Below, piece after piece: positions 42,205 to 53,619 of a DNA stretch of 64,000 nucleotides. The DNA lies in assembly GCF_009914755.1 (NCBI RefSeq), contig NC_060937.1, one strand, 5' to 3'. Both the position numbers and the translations under genes were made by a program. Below the pieces are notes generated by a model. It was not told the DNA's origin. It made no database searches and worked only from the letters and a program-made list of their open reading frames with translations. Position 1 is the first letter of the stretch, and every line of letters starts with the position of its first letter. Origin of the DNA: the human T2T-CHM13v2.0 reference genome, Homo sapiens.

Positions 42205-43424
42205 CCAGGGGACTGAGAAAACAGTAAGGGGTGCACCAGCATCTTATAGAGCTTTGTGATAGTTATTCTCTGTAGGTCAGAAAAGTGAGTGGGAAATACA
42301 TTGAAATGAACTGCCTGAATTCAGAAAGGGTAAGAGGAATTCAGGGAGTCTGTTCTGAAGCCAGTGGGGATAATGGAAATTTAATGGGGATAATGGTCAA
42401 GGGTTAGATGGTGGTCAGGTAGTAAGATGAGGCAAAGTAAGCATGTTATTGTAATGAACAGCAGAGCTAAAATTTGACCATTCTGATGTCAAATCAGAAT
42501 GGTTTGACATGGATATTTTTGGTGTTGACTAATTGATCATGGTATCCCTAGGACTAAGATAGACAAGCAGTCTGCTAACACTTTACTTGATTTGAATAAG
42601 TGGGAAAGCTCTAGGTCTTGTGAGCAGTTGACTAACTCTAATCACCACAAAAAGTGTTGTAGCCCCTCAATCTGTTCCTGGACTGACCCAGCTCACACAG
42701 TCCCTTAAGTGAAGAGAAGCCTGGGTCTCTTTGAGGAAGAATCCCCCTACTCTGCCAGAAATTATACTGTAAATCTTTTTCTCTACTTTCTTTAAAAGGA
42801 CCGGTGGTTACTTACCTGGGTGTCTGTGAATTGGGAAAGGAGAACTAATTAGACATTTTGGCTCTGAAGTGACACTAATTGTTAGAGACTCAAAACATCT
42901 CAGTGGTCTACCTATAAGAATAAGGACTTAAGGAAATGAGATAATTAATGGAATTTTGGCTTGTATCCATCTCAAAGTGGCTCAATTGGTCCCCAAAGCT
43001 ATTCAATGTTTATTTTCTCAGGTCAGAAATTTATAGTTGGAGGAGACATACTTAGCCGCTGGGAGAACCCTCACTCTGATTCCCTCACACATGCAGAGAG
43101 GGCTGTCTTGTAGGAAAAGCTGTGTGGAAGCCACTAGGATGGCTCTGTTCTAAAAATCATACACTAAAAGCTATGTTGTATTCCTGGAGGGGTTTTTCAG
43201 ATCTCTGCCGGTATCAAGGACTTGAAGGATATGGGAGTGGTGATTCCTACCATATCCTAATTCAACTCACCTATTTGGCCTTTGCAGAGAGTAGATGGAT
43301 CTTAGAGAACAACAGTAGTATTTTTGAAAACTGAACTAAGTGATGAATCTTATTACAACTGTTATTCTAGATAGGGTTTATTTATTGGAGAAAACATCAA
43401 TACCCCTGGTACCTGCTATACAAC

Positions 43425-43789
43425 TTGAATAGGTTGTAATCCCTGGTTACTCACCCAAATATGAATCTAGGTGGTGCTACAAAGGTGTTTTGTAAATTTG
43501 ATCAAATTCTATAACCAGTTGATGTTAAGTAAGGGAGATTATTCTAGGTGGTTTGGGAGCAGCTGATTCACTTAGTTGAAACATCTGAATAGCAGAGCCG
43601 ATGCTTCCCTGAAGAAGCAGAAATTCCATCTGTGAACAGCAGCATGCACCCATGCCTGAGTGTTCCAGCCTGTCCTTCTGACAGGCTGTCCTATGAATTT
43701 CAGACTTGCCCAGCCAGCCTTTACAATTCCATAAACCAATTCCCTGCCATCAATCATATATATATATGTTCTATTTCAACCCTGATACA
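43425..43789 (+). mobile_element. MLT2 (C/D-like) ERVL LTR inserted in the pol relic
   Basis: aatctaggtggtgct...cagttgatgttaagtaagggagattatt...gaagcagaaattcc...ccaattccc...aaccctgataca. Confidence 0.75.
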
Positions 43790-44804
43790 GTGATTTTTTT
43801 TCTCAATTCTTGTTAACAGACATCATCAGAAGCCGTTTGCTTTTAATAAGCAAAGCCAGCAATACTTCTTCAGTATCCCACCTCAGGATTAAAATTCCTC
43901 TCCAATTCTCTTACCATCTTGTCCATAGGAAACTTGATTACCTCTTCATTCCATAAGACATTGTGCTGCACCACTAATTTAATGATGTTGAGCTAATTGA
44001 ACTAGTGAGCAGAAAGTAGCAACTACTCTAGATATCTTGGTAAAACACATGCAAAATAGAGGTTAGAAAATGACTAAGCCCCCCCACTCCCCAAACAAAT
44101 GTAGAGACCTTTCACTTTGTTAAATTTCTAGGCAATCTCATGGTACATTGACATATTCCTTCCAAATTGAAGAATAAAGTTGCTGCATGTAAACTCTTTT
44201 ACAACAAAGATATTGGCATAGTGCTGATCTCTGCCACTAAGCAGTATAACCCAACAGATCAATTTGATGGTACTTGCAGGGGCAGAAATGCTCTATGGGG
44301 CCTTTAGCAGATTGTAATATGTGAATGATATCACTAACCTTTAGAATTTTGGAGTGAAGCTATGTGACCTTTTTCAGATAACTATTCTGAGAAACAACTT
44401 CAGGCTTGCTATTAGGCCCTACACATGACATCAGCAACTTATTATAACTATCATAATGTATTTGTTGTCTGATTCAGTAATACGCTGTAGCATGTGTGTA
44501 GCCGCATTCTATCAAGTGTAGGTGGTATATGTGAGACTAAGTTTGAATAGATCTTGAAGTCTCAGATAAGTTGCACAGCCAAGTAGTACAGATGTCCATG
44601 GTCGTTCCTCTGGCCACATTGCTTTCTCCTTCCCAGTCTGTACCCATGGCCTTGGGCGAAGTTCTCTCATTACTTGATGGCTAAGGAAGACAAAATAGGG
44701 CCTACTCTACAGATGATTTTGCAAAATGTGCTGGCATCACCAGAAAGTGTACAGAGATAGCACTGGATCCCTACTCTGGGGTATTTTTGAAAAATAGTGG
44801 TGGA

Positions 44805-45160
44805 TATGGAATACTGTGCAGCCATAAAAAAGGATGAGTTCATGTCCTTTGTAGCAACATGGATGAAGCTGGAAACCATCATTCTGAGCAAACTATCGCA
44901 AGGACAGAAAACCAAACACTGCATGTTCTCACTCATAGGTGGGAACTGAACAATGAGAACACTTGGACACAGGTTGGGGGACATCACACACTGGGGCCTG
45001 TTGTGGGGTGGGGGGATGGGGGAGGGATAGCATTAGGAGAAATACCTAATGTAAATGACGAGTTAATGGGTGCAGCAAACCAACATGACACACGTATACA
45101 TATGTAACCTGCACGTTGTGCACATGTACCCTAGAACTTAAAATATAAAAAAATTATTTA
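44805..45160 (+). mobile_element. 5'-truncated L1PA (about PA5-PA7) 3' end
   Basis: atggaatac...ggatgaagctggaaaccatcattc...taatgtaaatgacgagttaatgggtgcagca...tacccTAGAacttaaa; TSD aaaaat(a)gtggtgga (44790 and 45161). Confidence 0.95.
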
Positions 45161-45837
45161 AAAAAATGTGGTGGAGAGAAATTCTCTCAAGAGAGGCAGT
45201 ACTTTGAGCACTACTCTTTTTTTTCCATTTCTCGTGGAAGGAGAGAGATGATCAGAGGTAGGTAGAGATCTGCATCATTTCATGGTAAGTGGATAAGAGT
45301 TCAGCTTGATGGTCAGGGACTTGGAAGGAACAAGATTGGAAAGCTAATAACTAGGAGGTCTGGGAAGAAGTACATAGATGAATCTGTCCAAAAGGGTATA
45401 GACTGTCCATATATTTGTGTCCCATGTTAATGCTTGCCAAAGAAAAATCTCAGCAGAGAAATTATCAGGCAGATGAAATGACCCATTTTGTAGATGTTGG
45501 TCAGTCTCTTTCACCAGACACCTATGTCCTTTCTAGTGGACTCAGGAACAAATGACCATGGTGGCAGGGATGAAAGTTATGCCCAGGTTCATTCAGCAAC
45601 ATGGACTTTTACTCACCAGGGCTGATTGCCCATAGCCACTGCTGAGTGTGCAATATGCCAACAGAAGAGATCAACACTGAGCCCTGGATTTGGCTCCACT
45701 TTCTGGGATAACCAGCCAGCCACTGGGCGGCAGTGTGATTATGCTGCACTAAATTAACTTGGAAGAGACAGAACTTTGTTCTTACTGAAATAGATACTGT
45801 ACATGTGTATTTGCCTTCTCTGTTATATTTCTTCTGA

Positions 45838-46318
<481 letters not shown>

Positions 46319-47027
46319 ATATTCACTGCTCTTATCATCATCTCCCTTATCCTGAGAGGATGGTGGATGTCTTTGAAGACTGAGTTAGAGCACCATCTGG
46401 GTGGGAATGCCATGTGGGGCTATAGTAATGTCCTCCAGGATGAAGTAGTCTCTGAATTGTTGACCGTTATATGGTCCTGTTTCTCTCATTCTGAATTAAG
46501 CCATGGTTTGTTTATTGCCAGTCACCTGGCAACTTAGTGTTTCTCATGCTAGTAAAACAACAGGCAAAAAGAAGCAATTACCATACTGGGTGATTTATCC
46601 CGACTGTCAAGAGACTAGCTATTACACAATTGGGCCAGAGAAGACTGTATGTGGAGTGCTAGAGATATGTGTGTGGGGAGGTACTTTTTTAGTATTCTCA
46701 TGTTCTGTTGACAGAGGTAATAGAAAACCACCCCAAACCAGCAGGGCCTTTAGGAATGAAGCCGTGTGTTACTCCACGTTGACTGAAGTCAATATAGAAT
46801 AGGTAGGTGACAGCAAAGTCAATATAGAATAGGTAGTAGAGAAAGGACATTGTAAATACTTCTATAACTATGCAACCAGTTACAGAATTTTTAGTATTTA
46901 TATGTTTTCTTCCTTGCTTTTATATGGATATGTTTGTATATAATATATATTAGCAAATTAGAAAATTTCTTTCCCCCTCTTTCCTTTTCCTACCAACTAA
47001 TATAAGACTAATAGTGTGTAATTTGGG

Positions 47028-47186
47028 GGCTGTGTATGGTAGCGCATGCCTGTAGACCCACTTATTTGGGAGGCTGAGGTGGTATGATCACTTGAGCCCA
47101 GGAGTTTGAGGTTACAGTGAGCTATGATTATGCCACTGTACCCCAGTCTGGGTGACAGAATGAGACCCTGTCTCTTTAAAAAAAAA
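47028..47186 (+). mobile_element. FRAM/AluJ right-arm monomer
   Basis: gatcacttgagcccaggagtttgaggttacagtgagctatgattatgccactg...gagaccctgtctc followed by an A-tail. Confidence 0.88.
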
Positions 47187-47337
47187 TGAGTAATAGTGAT
47201 TATATCTTATTTAAGTTACAAGATGTCAAAGCAAGCATGTAACTCAGGGAGAAGAGTAATAAATATCACCTGAAGATGTATTAAGTATGTGTATCCTTTT
47301 TTTAGGGAGCGCATTAGCAGTTTTTGGTTGTATGATA

Positions 47338-47540
47338 AAAATTGAGCATCCCTAATTCAAAAATACAAAATACAAAATGCTCAAAAATCCAAAACTTTTG
47401 ACCACTAACATGACACAAAAAATATGCTCATTGGAGCATTTTGAATTTTGGATTTGGGATGCTCAACTGGTAAGTATTTGCAAATATTCCAAAATTTGAA
47501 ATATGAAACACTTGTGGGGCAAGCATTTTGGATAACCTGT
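47338..47540. mobile_element. Tigger4a/MER46A-like TcMar MITE
   Basis: ttgagcatccctaattcaaaaat...aaatgctc...ggagcattttgaattttgg...gggatgctcaact; internally palindromic. Confidence 0.8.
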
Positions 47541-47640
47541 CACTGCATCATATTAAGTAGAAGCATCCTTTTACTATTATCTTCATTTGACAGTTAAGGA
47601 CGGTTAAACGAGGTATATGTGGCTGCTAGGTTGAAAGGGT

Positions 47641-48272
47641 TGCAAAGTCCTAGATTGTGCTATTGTCAATTTAGAAACTGTATTTTCTAGAATCCCTTAT
47701 ATGATTAGGTTAGAAGTAGCTGATAGAGGAAATTGCACAAGATTTAGGAGGGAGAGTAAATCAGTGGCTATTATTTTTGGAAGGTTGTAGTGCTCAGAGA
47801 GTGTGGCAGTCAGGTGCAGAGGTGTCTGTGAGGTCTCAGCTGGTCCTTGCTCTCCTCTGCTCCGTGTCTAGCTCATCTTTCTGTTATAACTGCTGGCCCT
47901 GCTGACCAACGGTGGTCCCAAGCCTACCAACAGATGTTTGGCTGTGAACCTGCACAGGTGGTAGCTACACACAAATCCAACTTCCCATAGATAACCTCCA
48001 TGTGCCCCATCATTGTGTTCCCAATTTGGTGGCTAGAAATGCTTGGCTTCTTGGATTTCCCTGCACGCTCCAAATTATCCACCCAGGCCAGCTAGGCAGG
48101 CAGATTTAGTAACTCTTATTTTTTATTGTGACTCTGCAAATTCCTCTTGAAGACCTTTACTTCCCCAGCATCTCCCTCGCAAGTTTAAATTTTAATCTCT
48201 ATAACAAATTCCTTATTTCCATACGAGTAATTGTAATATGCTCTGCCTCACTGACTGAATCCTGAATAATGA
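47641..48272 (+). mobile_element. Probable 3' LTR of the ERVL provirus (ancient ERVL LTR, family uncertain)
   Basis: Follows a PPT-like gttgaaaggg; ends ctctgcctcactgactgaatcctga, like ERVL LTR 3' ends. Confidence 0.55.
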
Positions 48273-48279
48273 TCTTACT

Positions 48280-48690
48280 CAAGGACATTGGCATTGTAGT
48301 TGTTCCCCCTTTCTTCTGCATCATAAATTATCTCCTCTTTAGCAGGTCATTCATTCCCACCATGTAAACATGGTATAGTTTTCTCCAATTTAAACAGGTA
48401 AATACTCTCTTAATCTCACATCTTTTTTTCAGTAACACTTATTTGTTTCCAGTTATAGCAAATCTTCTTAGGACATTTGTCTATCATCAGTGTGTCCAAT
48501 TCCTATCCTTCTTTTTCTCTTTTGAATTTATTGCAACCAAGTTTCTCCCCATCACCTTTCACAAAAACCGCGCTTCCCTATTGCTGTTTTCAATAGACAA
48601 TTCTAATTCCTTATTTTACTTCACTCCTCAGTTGATCATTCATTCCTTCTTGCAACCCTTTCTTCACTTGGCCAAGGATGTTCTCTCTCT
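48280..48690 (+). mobile_element. L2 internal fragment
   Basis: cagttgatcattcattccttcttgcaacccttcttcacttggc resembles the L2 RT region. Confidence 0.6.
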
Positions 48691-48713
48691 TTTTTCTGTA
48701 GCACAACTGTTTA

Positions 48714-51700
48714 TCTCTTTGTAGCAATTGTGAATGAGAGTTCCTTCCTGATTTGGCTCTATGCTTTATTGTTGGTGTTTAGGAATGCTTGTGATTTTCA
48801 CACATTGATTTTGTATCCTGAGCTTTGCTAAAGTTGCTTATCAGCTTAAGGAGATTTGGTCTGAGATGATTCCATATTTCTAAATATAGAATCATGTCAT
48901 CTGCAAACAGAGACAAGTTGACTTCCTCTTTTCCTTTTTGAATATCCTTTATTTGTTTCTCTTGTCTGATTGCCCTGGCCAGAACTTGAGAAGGCACCCT
49001 TGTCTTGTGCCGGGTTTCAAAGGGAATGCTTCCAGCTTTTGCCCATTCAGTATGATATTGGTTGTGGGTTTGTCATAAACAGCTCTTGTTATTTTGAGAT
49101 ATGTCCCATCAATACCTAGTTTATCGAGAGTTTTTAACATGAAGGGACGTTGAATTTTATTGAAGGCCTCTTCTGCATCTATTGAGATAATCATGTGGTT
49201 TTTGTCATTGGTTCTGTTTATGTGATCGATTATGTTTATTGATTTGCATATGTTGAACCAGCCTTGCATCTGAGGGATGAAGCCAACTGGATCATGCTGG
49301 ATAAGCTTTTTGATGTGCTGCTGGATTCAGTTTGCTAGTATTTTACTGAAGATTTCGGATCGATATTCATCAGGGATATTGGCCTGAAGTTTTCCTTTAT
49401 TTTGTTGTTGTGTCTCTGCCAAGTTTTGGTATCGGGATGAAGCTGGCCTCGTAAAATAAGTTAGGGAGGAGTCGCTCCTTTTCAATTGTTTGGAACAGTT
49501 TCAGAAGGAATGGTACCAACTCCTCTTTATACCTCTGGTAGAATTTGGCTGTGAATCTGTCTTGTCCTGGGCTTTTTTTTTTGGTTGGTAAGCGATTACT
49601 GCCTCAATTTCAGAACTTGTTATTGGTCTATTCGGGGATTTGACTCCTTCTTGGTTTAATCTTGGGAGGGTGTATGTGTCCAGAAATTTATCCATGTTTT
49701 TACATTTTCTAGTTTATTTGCGTAGAAGTGTTTATGGTATTCTCTGATGGTAGTTTGTATTTCTGTGGGATCATTGGTGATATCTTTTTATCATTTTTTA
49801 TTGTGTCTATTTGGTTCTTCTCTCTTTTCTTCTTATTAATCTAGCTAGTGGTCATTTTGTTAATTTTTTTTTCAAAAAACCAGCTCTTCATTGGGTTTTT
49901 GAAAGGTTTTTCGTGTTTCTATCTCTTTCAGTTCTTCTCTGATCTTAGTTATTTCTTGTCTTCTGCTACCTTTTGAATTTGTTTGCTCTTGCTTCTCTAA
50001 TTCTTTTAATCATGATGTTAGGGTGTCAGTTTGAGATCTTTCCTGCTTTCTGATGTGGGCATTTAGTGCTATAAATTTCCCTGTTAACACTGCTTTAGCT
50101 GTGTCCCAGAGATTCTAGTATATTGTGTGTTCATTCTCATTGGTTTCAAAGAACTTCTTGATTTCTGCCTTAATTTCATTATTTACCCAGGAGACATTCA
50201 GGAGCAGGTTGTTCAATTTCCATGTAGTTATGTGGTTTTTAGTGAGTTTCTTAATCCTGAGTGCTAATTTGATTGCACTGTGGTATGACAGACTGTTATG
50301 ATTTCAGTTCTTTTGCATTTGCTTAGGAGTGTTTTACTTCCAATTATGTGGTCGATTTTAGAATAAGCGTGATGAGGTGCTGAGAAGAATATGTATTCTG
50401 TTGATATGGGGTGGAGAGTTCTGTAGATGTCTATTAGGTCCACTTGATCCAGAGCTGAGTTCAAGTCCTGAATATACTTGTTAATTTTCTCTCTCATTGA
50501 TCTGTGCAATATTGACAGTGGGGTGTTAAAGTCTCCCACTAGTATTGTGTGGGAGTCTAAGTCTATTTGTAGGTCACTAAGAACTTGTTTTATGACTCTG
50601 GGTGCTCTTGTATTGGGTGCATATATATTTAGGATAGTTATCTCTTCCTGTTTAATTGATCCCTTTACCATTATGTAATGCCCTTCTTTGTCTTTTTTGA
50701 TCTTTGTTGGTTTAAAGTTTGTTTTTTCAGAGACTAGGATTGCAACAGCTGCTTTTTTTTTTTTTTCTTTCCATTTGCTTGGTTAATTTTCCTCCATTCC
50801 TTTATTTTGAACCTGTGTGTATCTTTGCATGTGAGATGGGTCCTCTAAGTATAGCACACAGATGATCTTGACTCTTCATCTAATTTGCCAGTCTGTGTTT
50901 TTTAATTGGGTCATTTAGTCTATTTACATTTAAGGTTAATATTGTTTTGTGTGAATTTGATCCTGTCATCATGATGCTAGCTGGTTATTTTGCACACTAG
51001 TTGAAGCACTTTCTTCATAGTGTCTTGGTGTTCATATTTTGGTATGTTTTTGCAGTGGCCGGTACCAGTTTTTCCTTTCCATATTTAGTGCATCCTTCAG
51101 GAGCTCTTGCAAAGCAGGCCTCTTGGTGATGAAATCCCTCAGCATTTGCTTGTCTGAAAAGGATTTTATTTCTCCTCCACTTATGAAGCTTAGAAGAAAA
51201 TTATTTAAGAATGTTGAATATTGGCCCCACATTCTCTTTTGGCTTGTAGTGTTTCTGCTGAGAGATCCGCTGTTAGTCTGATGGGCTTCCCATTGTAGGT
51301 GATCTGGCCTTTCTCTCTGGCTGCTTCTAACACATTCTCCTTCATTTTTACCTTGGAGAATCTGATGATTATGTGTCTTGGGGTTGCTCTTCTCCTGGAG
51401 TAGCTTAGTGGTGTTCTTTGTATTTTCTGAATTTGAATGTTGGCCTGTCTTGCTAGGTTGGGGAAGTCCTGAATAATATCCTGAAGTATGTTTTGCAACT
51501 TGGTTCCATTCTCCCCATCTCTTTCAGGTACTCCAGTCAATCATAGGTTCAGTCTTTCTACACAGTCCTGTATTTCTCAGAGGTTTGTTCATTCCTTTTC
51601 TTTCTTTGTTCTCTAATCTTGTCTGCCTGCCTTATTTCAGCAAGATGGTCTTCAAACTCTGACTTTCTCTTGCTTGATCAATTTGGCTACTGATACTTGT

Positions 51701-53305
51701 GTATGCTTCATGAAGTTCTTGTGCTGTGTTTTTCACCTCAGTCAGGTCATTTATGTTCTTCTCTAAACTGGTTATTCTAGCTGGCAGCTCCTGCAACCTT
51801 TTATCAAGGTTCTCAGCTTCTTTGCATTGGCTTAGAATGTGTTCCTTTAGCTCAGCAGAGTTTGTTATTACCCACTTTCTGAAGGCTTCTTCCGTCAATT
51901 TGTCCATCTCATCCTCTGTCCAATTCTGCCCTCTTGCTGGAGAGGTGTTGCGATCATTTGGAGAAGAGGCACTCTGGCCTTTTGGGTGTTCAGCGTTTTT
52001 TAGTTAATTATTTCTCATCTTCATGAGTTTGTCTAGTTTTGATCTTTGAGGCTGCTGACTCTTTGAGATTTTTGTGGGGAATTTTGTTGTTGTTGTTGCT
52101 TTCTGTTTGTTTTTCTTTAATGGTCAGGTCCCTCTTCTGTAGGGCTGCTGTGGTTTGTTGGGGGTTCACTTCAGGCCCTATTCATCTGGTTCACTCTTGT
52201 GTCTGGAGATGTCACTCAAGGAGGCTGGAGAACAGCAAAGACGGGTGCCTGCTCCTTCTTCTGGATCTCTGACTCGAGGGACACCTACCTGATGCCAGTA
52301 GGGATGCTCCTGTTTAGGGTGTTTGGCAACCCCTTTTGGGGAGTATCACCCAGTTGGGTGGCACAGGGAGCAGGACTCATTTAATGAAGCACTTTGGCTG
52401 TCCCTTGGTGGAGGGTGTGTGCCATGCTGGGGGGTAACCCACTCATCTGGGTTGCCGGGATTCCTCCAAACTAGCAGGAGGAAAAACTAAGTCTGCCACT
52501 CCGCAGAGACTACAGCACCCCTTTCCCTAGGGGCTCAGGCCCAGGGAGATCAGAGTTCTGTTCCTGAGCCCCTGACTGGAGTTGTTGGAGTTCTTGCAGG
52601 GAGGCCCTACCCAGTGAGGAGGGATGGGTCAGGGTCAGGCCTGAAGAGCCCAATGTGTTGGGCTGTGGGGAATACCTCTTGGGACTAAGCCATCCAGCCT
52701 CCTGGGCTTCAGCAGGAGAAAAGCATGGCCTGGAGCTATAGAGGTGGCTGCTGCCCTTCCTCTGCCCTGGGAGCTTAGTGTGTTAGGCAGCTAGCAGTCC
52801 CAGTGTTGGCTACTGCCCCTCCCGCAAGGAGCTCAGATGGCTTAGACAGCAGGCAGCCACAGCTGTGGTGATGGCTGCCCCTCCTCCCAGGGACTTGGCA
52901 GGCTTAAGCAGATTCTAGCTGAGTGGATGTTGAGAATCTGCACGGCCCTGTGGTTGGGACCCTAGGCCCTAGTGGTGTGGGCTCGCAAGTGGGATCTTCT
53001 GATCCATGGGTTGCACTGTTCCATGGAAAAAGCATGGTTTTCCACGCTGGGTAGCATGCTCACTCACCACCTCTCTTGGCTTGGGGGGTGGGGGCTCCCC
53101 TGCCCCATGTGGCTCTCAGGTGGGCGGCCGCACCACACTGTTCTTCCTTCCTCTTCCAGGGTCATGCCAGCTGCCTAGTCAGTCCTGGTGACAGAACCTG
53201 GATACCTCAGTTGCCAGCTCAGGATTTGCACCATGTTTTGGTTCTTTTCAATGAGCGCCTCTGATCACTGCTGCTTCTATTCTGCCCTCTTGGCCCCGCC
53301 CCCTG
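48714..53305 (-). mobile_element. L1PA (about PA7/8) with 5'UTR, ORF1 and ORF2 EN/partial RT; 3' part missing
   Basis: ORF relics: ORF1 ANIQIQKIQRTP...TPRHIIIRF; EN ILNIYAPN...GDFNTPLS...SKIDHI; RT MQGWFNI...SIDAE...GTRQGC...LFADDM. All frameshifted. 5' end at about 53300; no poly(A) at 48714. Confidence 0.95.
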
Positions 53306-53350
53306 CCACCCCCACCCCCCCAGCACTTTCTCATATCCAGTGTTCTTATC

Positions 53351-53523
53351 ACAGAACATGGGAGTACTAAAAGGCATCCCCTGAGGACCTCATGCATTCC
53401 ACACATAGTCTTTGGCCCAATTGCGTTATAGCTATTTTCTTGATCGTCAGAATCAATCACTCCAATATAGTAACCACTTCTTTTTTTTTTTTTTTTTTTT
53501 TTCCCCTGCTGGTTCATTGGTAA
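53351..53523 (-). mobile_element. Inverted ERVL dUTPase-region fragment similar to 46553-46708
   Basis: Translates GVIDSDDQENSYNAIGPKTMCGM versus VIYPDCQETSYYTIGPEKTVCGV. Confidence 0.8.
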
Positions 53524-53619
53524 TCAGATACTAATTTGTCTTTGTTTATAATTTGTATTTTTCTTCTCAATGTAAGTTCTCCCTCCTGGAATGTACACAG
53601 TTCCTCTAGAGGGCATAAT

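Noticed and set aside
48779-51907. L1 ORF1/ORF2 as a retrotransposition-competent element
   Set aside because: Multiple frameshifts and stops, and the 3' part is missing.
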